Below, piece by piece: positions 21,804 to 30,806 of a stretch of DNA of 30,806 nucleotides. The notes under the pieces are model-generated. The model ran no database searches and was not told where the DNA came from. It was given only the letters and a program-made list of their open reading frames with translations. Position 1 is the first letter of the stretch. Each line of letters begins with the position of its first letter. The translations under genes were made by a program, and so were the position numbers. Origin of the DNA: Octopus sinensis (lineage: Eukaryota); contig NW_021832353.1 in assembly GCF_006345805.1 (NCBI RefSeq), positions 1 to 30,806 of the forward strand, read 5' to 3'.

Positions 21804-22012
21804 ATGTGTATTGTGTGTGTGTGGGGTGTGTATGTGTGTGTGTTGTGTGTATGTGTTTATGTGTGTGTGTTGTGTGTGTATGCGTGTATGTGTAGTGAGT
21901 ATATGTGTGTGTATTGTGTATGTGTGTGGTGTGTGTATGTGTGTGTTGTATGTGTGTGTGTTTACGTGTGTGTTGTATGTGTGTGTGTATATGAGTGTTT
22001 GCTTGTTTGTAT
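21740..22012. repeat. (TA)n followed by long degenerate (TG)n
   Basis: Directly visible. Confidence 0.95.
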
Positions 22013-22559
22013 ATAAGGTGGATAGTGCGCAATATGAAGGACGATGTGTTCTAAATACCTGAGCTGTAAAATCCACATGCCGGCACAATCTAAGTAGAAG
22101 CAGGAAGGCGAAGCATAACGAAAATACCTGGACTAGGCGAGGCTGCTGAAGGAAATGCTAGGTAAACCTTTGATCTTGTTTCTCAACATAAACCAGCTTT
22201 GTTGTAAGTTACCAAACCGGCTGATTTGTACCAACTTGTTGTTACGTGGGCTTGTTTCGGATCTTGGTCTCTCTCAATACAAACGTTGCTGTTATCGGAT
22301 ATTACGAACTGCAAATTAAATGAAGCCTCCCACACTCTTTGCAACGCATAATTTTATCATTTGTCCTTGTAATGCCTCCCACTCGTTGCTTTTGAGGCAA
22401 TAAATGTATGTGTTGTTGCACTGTGGTCGATATACGTGAACAACCCCCTCTCTTCAAAATTGTCAGACTTGTACCTAAATTGGAATCAATCTTTACTGGG
22501 TGGTGTATTGCTAGCATCCCTAGAACATTAAATGAAATGTCTTGTAACAAGTCTTTCGG

Positions 22560-22950
22560 ATCTTAATATTCTGAGTTCAAATCCCGTCGAGCGCAACTGC
22601 TTCTTTTATTCCTCCGAGGCATTAATTCGTGTTCCAATAAATCATTTGAGTCGATGTTATCGAAACAGCCAATTTCTTGAAAATTGCTAGCATTGTACCG
22701 AAATCCGTAACCGAGGAAGATGGATTGGCAAAATCAGTGGAATATTGGATAAAGTGCTTTGCTGCATTTCTTTCGGGTATTTATTTCTTGAGTTCAAATC
22801 CTACCTTGGTCAAATTTGCCTAGAAATGTGGGTTTGTACATACATTTGAAATTATTTAGTTTGATGAGCTGGTAAAATCATTCGAGCACTGGATAAAATG
22901 ACTAACAGCATTTGTTCCGGCTCTTTACTTTCTGAGCTCAAATACGCCCG
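22560..22950 (+). mobile_element. Three highly decayed SINE family M B-box relics
   Basis: ctgagttcaaatccc (~22571), ttgagttcaaatcc (~22789) and ctgagctcaaatacgcc (~22933). Confidence 0.45.
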
Positions 22951-23009
22951 AACCCAATATCCTGCGTGAATATAATAAAGTATCATCTAAGTACAGGACT
23001 TGATATATA

Positions 23010-23795
23010 ATCCTTGCTTTAAAAGTACGATGTGTCTCTCTACAGAAATCCCATAGAATTCTGTAATTATCATTCACCACTTTTTCGTCACTTTGATTCC
23101 ATAAGCTTAGGTAACATCTCAACTCAATATTTTACCAATAGAGCAATCTATGCGTTTCTACTCGTTTTGTGCTAGCTAACTGCATTCCCTTTTTACGCTT
23201 TTTCGCCTTTTTCACATATAATGTAACTTTTTATCTGAGTTTTATCCATCTTAGCCTTAATCAAATTCGTTCTAATGGCTTATTCCTTAGTACACGTTTC
23301 TAAATTGATTTCCATATTAATTTCTTTGGCAAATTCGTGTACTGCTTGTATTAGTGTTTCCAATTTCTTTTTTATCTGCAGTATACAACTTGAGATCAGA
23401 GACGTACAAGAGATGTTTTACAAAAGCTGTTTTGCCAATATCTAGTTCTGTATATGATGTCGGTCAAAGGCTTTAACGCCAGAGAGGAAAGGATTGAAAA
23501 GAGGATCTCCTCTACGAATATCCCTTTTCTAAGGGGAATGGTTTTAAATTTTGTAATTCCCTCTTTTGCCTGTAACTGCAATATTCTTCGATGTTTACTC
23601 ATGTCATGGCTCACCAATTTTCTTGTTCTTAACTCGTGTTTCCTGGATCCACATGTGGCCGATACAATGAAAAGCCTTGCTCACACTCTTCGTTTTACTT
23701 CAGCAGTTCTCTTGTATGTTTATTGATCAGTTATTGATCTTTACACTCAAATGGGCTTTTGTAGCGTTCCTTCTGTTCTTCTACAAATGGCTCTC
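23010..23795 (-). pseudogene. Decayed R4/Dong-like (RLE-type) LINE: RT motifs followed directly by the start of the restriction-like endonuclease domain
   Basis: - strand translations: EEQKERYKSPFECKDQ*LINK, AFHCIGHMWIQET, IPLRKGIF..E-ILFSILSSLALKPLTDII, KHLLYVSDLKLYTADKKKLETLIQAVHEF, then EKVVNDNYRILWDFCRETHRTFKAR. These correspond to EEQKGC..GCKDQLLINK, AFDSVPH.WI, GIFQGD.LSP, HLLYMDDLKLY and ILWDF.IQTD...ARRPD of R4-clade ORFs. Confidence 0.8.
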
Positions 23796-23796
23796 T

Positions 23797-24240
23797 ACTT
23801 CTTCTTCTTTTTTCTTCTTCTTCTTTTCTTCTTCTTCTTCTTCTTCTTCTTCTTCTTCTTCTTCTTCTTTTTCTTCTTCTTCTTCTTCTTTCTTCTTCTT
23901 CTTCTCCTTCTCCCTGTTGTTGTTATTGTTGTTGTTGTTGTTTTTCCTTCTTCTTCCTTCATCTTCTTCTTCTTCTTCTTCTCTTCCTCCCCTTCCTCCT
24001 TCTTCTTCTTCTTCTTCTCTTCCTCCCCTTCCTTCTTCTTCTTCTTCTTCTTCTTCTTTCTTCTACTTTTTCTTCTTCTTCTTCTTCTTCTTCTTCTTCT
24101 CCCCTTCCTCCCATTCCTTCCCTCCACCTCCTTATCTTTCTTCTTCTTCTTCTTTCCTCCTTCCTCATCTTCCTCCACACCCCTCCTCCTCCTTCTCCTC
24201 GTCCTCCTCATCCTCCTCGTCCTTCTCCTCCACCTCCTCT
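23797..24240. repeat. Long (TTC)n/(TCC)n polypyrimidine tract with a short (TTG)n insert
   Basis: Directly visible. Confidence 0.97.
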
Positions 24241-25439
24241 ATTACCATTCCTATAGTTATTGTGTCGTAAACCAGACTCGAACAGACTTCCAACTAATTG
24301 TCGCTACTCTCGTGTGCTGCAGCTGTTGATGCTTTAACTTGACTTGTTAAATTCCGACGGAAAACATTCCACCCGCAACCCATCCCCAACCTCTCGCAAT
24401 CTCCATTTACCTTCCAACAGATTTAATTGATTTATATACTGTACAAACTTGAAGGCAATAAATATTCTCTCTTGCAGTGGTAACAATACAAATAACAAAC
24501 ATATATCATATAAATAAACATATTAAACATAACACACAAATAAATATATAAATAAACAGCATTGAACAAAACAATGAAAATAAAATGGCTTATAAACGTA
24601 AACGTGAGTGTAAATTTTAATTATTCAAAGAAAACCAATTTGTAGAATATCGTGGTTAAATCTAATACACAAGAGAGACATTAGAATAGATATACACAGC
24701 CTGGAACTAAGGATGAATAGGAGGTAATTTCTCAAACAATGCGTAATAAATCCAATTAAGAACTCTGCGATTCTAATTGAGCGTGAAGAATGGTCAAAAG
24801 TATCTAAACCTCAATCTTGAGATTCTTGCTTTGGATTCCCCTCCTGTGCACGGAAACGTTTCGATTTTGTAGCTAGTGGCTGCTTTTCGTAATATTGGAT
24901 TGATAACAAAGATTGTGGGTCCAAATGGCTAAAAAGAAAACTAGAAGGAAGCCGTAGGGACTTGGATTCTGAGACCGATTTGAATAGTTTGTCCCTGTCG
25001 CAAGAGAATTATACTGATTCTGCCTCACGACTATTTTGAGAACAATGGTGCCTGTGGAATACTCAATCACTTACACAAGGATTAGTTATATACATATGCG
25101 TACATATAAGTATACATACACATAAGCGCATATATATATATGTGCATTTAATGTGGTTTTAGAGTCAGATTTTGGCTGCTACAGCGTGGTGGTATCTCGT
25201 AGATACCCTAAATTATAATTTTAATAATAATTATTAACTTTGAAGGATTTTATCCCCATGCTGGCCACTTGATAAGATCGATATTTAATTTAAATGAACG
25301 ATCTTATCCTTATATATATATGCTAAAGTATTAATTAGAAAGAGACGAATTTCGAAGTCAATAATACGCCTCATCAAAGCCAACATATATCTAAACACAG
25401 AGTGTGTATATATAAGCCATTATGATATATTGAACGTAT

Positions 25440-25498
25440 GACACATAAAAACATATATATATTTATGTATATATATATATATATATATAATATATATA

Positions 25499-25530
<32 letters not shown>

Positions 25531-25556
25531 TATGTTAGTATATATATTGTATATAT

Positions 25557-25605
<49 letters not shown>

Positions 25606-25750
25606 ATATATATATGTATATATATATATATATTATATATATATATGTATATTATATAATATATACAATATTATATATATATATATGTATGTATATATAT
25701 ATATATATATATAATATATATATATATATATAATATATGTAATATATATA
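25440..25750. repeat. Long degenerate (TA)n microsatellite
   Basis: Directly visible. Confidence 0.95.
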
Positions 25751-26057
25751 AACACATACTATAGTGTAATTTCTCTGCTCGCATCAAAGTTCGGATGAAG
25801 AATTGCCTAAATACAGAAATCAAAAAGTCTCAAGCTGAGCAGATGACAGTCACAATAATCCAAAACGAAAGTCCTCAAACGAATCCAATAAATACGAAAG
25901 AGTCCTACGGCCGTTTCTGGGAATGTGCGAAGATGTGTGTAGGTAAAACTCCTTTTCAACTCCAGTAAACCACATTTCCTTCATCCGAGAATACGCACGG
26001 AATCAGAATTTTAAATAAAATCTGAAAATTAATCATGATATTTATAAGATATGTTTA

Positions 26058-26128
<71 letters not shown>

Positions 26129-26281
26129 TAATATATATACAAAGTTAACTGAAATTTAGTAAAACGCCTGTAGAATGTTAGGCGAAGTTTGCTCACAATT
26201 ATTGGCTCCTCGATGTCATACAGTGGAAAGGCATCTTCACTTGATATCCATCCAATTATCTATCTATCTATCTATCTATCT

Positions 26282-26327
<46 letters not shown>

Positions 26328-26345
26328 GTATCTATATATATATAT

Positions 26346-26377
<32 letters not shown>

Positions 26378-26407
26378 TATATGAGAGAAGAGAGAGAAGA
26401 GAGAGAG

Positions 26408-26567
26408 ACGACCTACTTATTTCTTTTCGTCTATCAAATCCACTTACAAGTCATTGGTCGGCCGAAGGCTATAACAGAAGACACTTGCTCAAGTGCTACA
26501 CAGTAGGACTGAACTCGGAACATGTGGTTGGTAAGCAAGCTACTTACCACACAGCCACTTCTGCACC
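26408..26567 (-). mobile_element. tRNA-derived head plus Nin/Deu-like domain, interpreted as the 5' half of SINE family N
   Basis: The - strand reads ggtgcagaagTGGCTGTGTGGTaag (A-box)...ccGAGTTCAGTCct (B-box)...cttgagcaagtgtcttct...gaccaatgacttgtaagtggatttgatagacgaaa, then runs into (TC)/(TA) microsatellite. Linking it to the 3' halves is from recall of the family layout. Confidence 0.7.
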
Positions 26568-26982
26568 ATTAATTTTTATATATATGTATATATATATATA
26601 TTATATATATATGTTGTGTGTGTGTGTGTGTGTTGTGTGGTGTGTGTTGTGTTGTGTGTGTGTGTTGTGTTGTGCGTGTATATATTGTATGCCTAATTAC
26701 GCATTTACCCTCGCATATATTCATAATTATCTAAACAGGTGTGTTTGTTCTTGAGAACAGATATACTTAATCATGGAAGTCGAACTGGATATCATTTCTT
26801 AATGATGTCGACTATTAAAAATAAATCTGTGTTTATCTGAAATAGAAATTATTTATGAAATATCTATCGCTTATTCTTACGAGTCTTAGCAGTAATGAGG
26901 TAAGATATTGAAATTTCGAAAGTTCGAAGATATTTGTATGGATTTGGGGAAATCCTGAAAGGAAAATTTAATTATAATTTTA

Positions 26983-27330
26983 ATACATTTTAACGGACGT
27001 TTCCTGATATTATTTATTACACATGTTTTAGGCAGACGTTTTCTTCCTTTGACAGACATTTTTATACATTTTAACGGACGTTTCCTGGTGTTATTATACG
27101 TGTTTTAGGAAGACGTGTCTTCCTTTGTCAGACATTTTAATTCATTTTAATGCACGTTTCCTGATGTTATTATACGTGTTTTAGGTAGACGTAGCTTCCT
27201 TTGTCAGACATTTTAATACATTTTAACGGACGTTTCCTGATGTAATTAAACATGATTTAGCGAAACGTGTCTTCCTTTGTCAGACATGTTTAACTGAGCT
27301 ATAGAGTAGTTAAACATGTCTGATAAAGGA
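26983..27330. repeat. Minisatellite of four ~76-bp units ending in a 23-bp inverted repeat
   Basis: Units start at ~26983, 27064, 27140 and 27216. Arms 27273-27295 and 27308-27330 have one mismatch and a 12-nt spacer. Confidence 0.9.
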
Positions 27331-28349
27331 TAACCAAAAAAGGCACGTGGGAATTGATGTTTTTAGTTGTGGCTTTTGACAAGAATGTGTTAATGAAGAA
27401 GTGTTCATAGAATGATTTAAATCTAATGAAAATCGTCATTTTATTTAAAATATCTCTGTTTTAAATAGAGGCGACATAATTGTCGTTAAAATAGCTATGT
27501 CTAGGTTTGCGGTAATTTGAATAGAGGCGTATTAAATATCTAACTCATTTTAGAGAAAAAGATGTTTTGCTTAACTATGTTTTGCTTAACTATTTTGTAT
27601 GTTTCTCAGTGTACAAAGGTAAATTCTGTAAAGAATTATCTAAATTATTTTAATTATGGCGAACAAGAATCTACGAATAGTTAATAATGTAAAAAAAAAA
27701 GCTTTACAGACACAGATTGAGAAAACAATAACAGAAAATTAAAGGAAAACGTATAATATTTTATAAGCTATCTAGTTGGGCGATCGATGAAGAAGGAATT
27801 TATTGAAATAACACAGAAAAACATGAGAGATTTGGATGAGTGTAGGAGTTTGAAAAGAAATATTAATTAAAAACCAAAATAAAGCAACAATAAAATTTAA
27901 TTATTTAAGCATTTAAGCTCGCTTCTAAATTAGTGGTGTACATAATTGCTCTTAGAAGTTTGCTACAAAATATTGTCAGATGATTGATATCTCTGTGAAT
28001 TTATGAGTAATGTGTTTTGTAGTTAGTGTTAAGTGTTATATTGCAGGCTGTAGGGAAATATCATAGATGAATGAAAAGAGAGAGAGTAGTGACAAGATTA
28101 ATATGAATGTTATTAATATTACCTAATTATAATCAGATGGTATATCTTACCGGAATCTGTTTTAATATTAAGTGTAAGTATGTTAATAAAGTGTGGAGAA
28201 ATGAAAAAAAAAAAATGAAATAAAAATAAATAAAGATTGATTTCAAATAGCAAAAGATTATTAACAATTACAAAGGCGTTCAATTGGCGCCTTGCAATGT
28301 GATACGTATATGCGTTATTCATGTATAAAATATGTTTTATGATAATGTT

Positions 28350-28478
<129 letters not shown>

Positions 28479-29030
28479 TCATAGCAGTACCAGGCAGTGG
28501 CTCTCGTGGCTTCTGATCTTAACTGATTGGAAGTGTTATCATGTACATTGTTTTGTCTTGGTATAAAAGATGGGCTACAGCAAATATTCTGCTCAAAACC
28601 ACACCTTACCTTCTCAGTTGTTTGACCGTAACCAGTTGAGCATGTCCCTTGGTGGCTGACGATATGTGCATCTCTGATCACGAGCAGAAGTAGTGGGGGA
28701 GCATCATAATCATGTGTTGAGAGGGATTCTTTGGGGTTTGAATAATTCACCTCTGGAAACATGGGTGTTTCGTTGAACATCCTTAAACAATCCTTATTCA
28801 GGGACCTTTTGAGCGGGATGGGTTACTCCACCAGAAGCAAATTCTAACTGGGCCCCACCTGTTAGATCATGCGTTGTTTATCTGGGTATGAGATCATCAT
28901 GTCACGCACATATGATTGTGATGCATGTACCTAGTGTACCCTTATCAGACGGGTAGTCATGATGGGTATACTGGGCTTCGTATATTTTACTCCAACGTCA
29001 CTTTGATGGCATGCACTGCCCTCTCACTTA
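28479..29030 (+). mobile_element. Unclassified ~550-bp non-coding element ending in (AAT)n
   Basis: GC-richer block with sharp edges between two trinucleotide arrays and a 3' (AAT)n tail. No ORF motifs. It seems familiar as an octopus interspersed repeat but occurs only once in this window. Confidence 0.45.
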
Positions 29031-29033
29031 ATA

Positions 29034-29073
<40 letters not shown>

Positions 29074-29092
29074 TAATAATAATAATAATAAT
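29030..29092. repeat. (AAT)n microsatellite
   Basis: Directly visible. Confidence 0.97.
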
Positions 29093-29093
29093 A

Positions 29094-29379
29094 CAGACAC
29101 GACAGAGTTGAGACCTACGTACACTGAAAGCTATGCCAACACTATGGAATAACAACAGAAAAAAGATGGTATAGGCACACGCCAGAAAAGGTCACAGAAA
29201 ACGAGATAGCAACCATATTCTGGGAAATGCCAAAACACCCAGATAGAGATAATTAAGACCAATAGGCCAGATATAGTTGTCAGAGATCATGAAGAAAAAA
29301 TGCTTTCTAATTGATGCATAAAACCAGCAGATGACAACGTTTCTCTAAAAGAAATGGAGAAACTTTCAAAGTACAAAGA
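29094..29379 (+). pseudogene. R4/Dong-like RLE endonuclease fragment A
   Basis: RHDRVETYVH*KLCQHYG, WYRHTPEKVTENE, NRPDIVVRD, CFLIDA, PADDNVSLKEMEKLSKYK (RHD and PD-(D/E)xK motifs), with frameshifts. Confidence 0.85.
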
Positions 29380-29813
29380 GCACCGAAGGCCAGATGTAGT
29401 AATCTTCAGGAGGGACAAACAAGAGTGCCTAATAATCGTCGTGGCAGTACCAGGAGATCAACATGTTATCGTGAAAGAAAGAGAAAAGATCGATAAATAT
29501 GAAGACCTAAGGATTGAGATTGCCAAGATGTAGCAGCTACGAGAGTCAAATATAAATGTTGTCCCTGTTGGCATCGGAGCATTGGGGTTCAAATTCACCC
29601 AGCCTGAAGAAACATCTGGAAACTTTAGAAATACTCTACAATCTAGGTGCATTGCAAAATTCAGCATTACGTTGATCAGCACGCATATTGAGTAGAGTAA
29701 TGTCTGAGGCCCGTGTGGTGACTTGACAGACAGTACAAACTGCCGGTAGATGCAATATCTTCAACCAACAGCATATTCAACCAACACAATATTGGATATT
29801 GTGCGACATCTTA
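29380..29813 (+). pseudogene. R4/Dong-like RLE endonuclease fragment B with 3' UTR, from a different family than A
   Basis: HRRPDVVIFRRDKQECLIIVVAVPGDQHVIVKEREKIDKYEDLRIEIAKM*...VVPVGIGALG...LKKHLETL...LQNSAL...ARILSRV, then a UTR ending in (TAA/TGA)n. Confidence 0.85.
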
Positions 29814-29856
29814 AATAATAATGATGATAATGATGAAGATGATGATGATAATAATC

Positions 29857-30085
29857 ATTTCTTTACTGCTCACAAGGGGCTATACACAGAGGAGACAAAC
29901 AAGGACAGACAAACGGATTAAGTCGATTATATCGCCCCAGTGCGTAACTAGTACTTAATTTATCGACCCCAACAGGATGAAAGGCAAAGTCGACCTCGGC
30001 GGAATTTGAACTCAGAACGTAACGGCAGACGAAATACTGCTAAGAATTTTGCCCGTCGTGCTAACGTTTCTGCCAGCTCGCCGCC
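29857..30085 (-). mobile_element. Full-length SINE family M monomer with tail B, within (ATG/AAT)n
   Basis: Reverse complement of head (gccagctcgccgcc), B-box (ggaatttgaactcag), body and tail B. Confidence 0.9.
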
Positions 30086-30806
30086 TTAATGATGATGATG
30101 ATGATGATAATAATAATAATAATAATAATAGTAAGATGGCATTAATGTGTAAATGTTTGGGGAGGTGAGGGTGCACGCATTTAATAATTCAATAGGTGGC
30201 TTAATTACAGGTGTAGGTTTTCCATACATTTGTAACATATTAGCAAGCGCTCCTTAATTATGGTGCATTACTAATAATTATTCTGTAAACCGCAAGTATC
30301 AACTTCAGTTCATTGTATATATGCAACGGTAAATACTAATGGCATAATTATGTCTTGTATTGGTCACATTGCTAACTCGTTCAAATTTGAATATTTCTAT
30401 GCTTCATGTATTCTACAACTAGGATAGAAGGGATTTGTCTGCTCGAGTCGAAGATAGTTCAGCATTCTCAAAATTTCCTGTGGGATTTACGAAGAAATAT
30501 CTCTAAATTATAATTGAAAATGGAATAAATTGTCCGTAGCTAAGTTCCTATACTGCGAGTGTAAGAAAGTATAGTTTATAGAAATGAAAGTTAAGAATTC
30601 ATTTATGAAATATACCACACCCCAACAAATACTCCGAATGCGTTCGCTCTTGCATTAACAGAACATTCAGAAACTTTCAAATATTTTAAAACAATGATAT
30701 ACTCTAAATGGCAGTCATCACTCACAACTATATATTTTATAATCATTATTCCCCTGATAACTGCTAAATCTCCCTCTTCACTTTTTCTGCGTACCCAAAC
30801 TGTATT

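Noticed and set aside
22040-22550. GC-richer block and 82-aa ORF (22302-22550)
   Set aside because: No recognisable protein motif in the frames I translated. Left unassigned.
24890-25040. Protein-like short frame (KWLKRKLEGSRRDLDSETDL...)
   Set aside because: Bounded by stops, with no start codon or compatible splice sites and no recognisable homology.
25191-25308. Small hairpins (7-bp arms at 25191-25207; 10-bp arms at 25271-25280 / 25299-25308)
   Set aside because: Short inverted repeats of this size are expected occasionally in 30 kb of AT-rich DNA, and nothing else marks them as element ends.
25835-25880. cagatga...gaaagtc hammerhead-like motif with a 4-bp stem I
   Set aside because: The U4 position is altered, stem II is unpaired and helix III is absent.
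30130-30370. Cluster of TAAT/TAATTA homeodomain-like sites
   Set aside because: Expected by chance at this AT content. It would need conservation or chromatin data.

Overview
AT-rich, repeat-dense eukaryotic DNA. The SINE families and microsatellite load look like an octopus or other coleoid cephalopod; this is recognition from memory, not a database result. No intact host protein-coding gene is supported, and most entries in the ORF track are translated microsatellites. Supported content: (1) a 5'-truncated, GC-rich Tx1/L1-clade LINE (RT plus CCHC knuckle, 9244-11178) inside a (TATC)n array, with a 20-bp target-site duplication visible through a repeat interruption; (2) R4/Dong-like RLE-type LINE remnants (23010-23795 on the - strand; 29094-29813 on the + strand, two RLE domains fused); (3) at least three tRNA-derived SINE families, one forming head-to-tail multimers and carrying a 3' tail that matches the Tx1 3' end at 33/42 nt without gaps; (4) two non-autonomous Helitron-type elements; (5) a minimal hammerhead ribozyme motif of the Penelope type at 13769-13803; (6) a 76-bp minisatellite ending in a 23-bp foldback; (7) many long microsatellites. 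The most promising system is a possible (TATC)n-targeting Tx1 LINE with a partner SINE that uses its 3' end and propagates as multimers. All alignments and translations were done by eye, and element boundaries are approximate unless stated.
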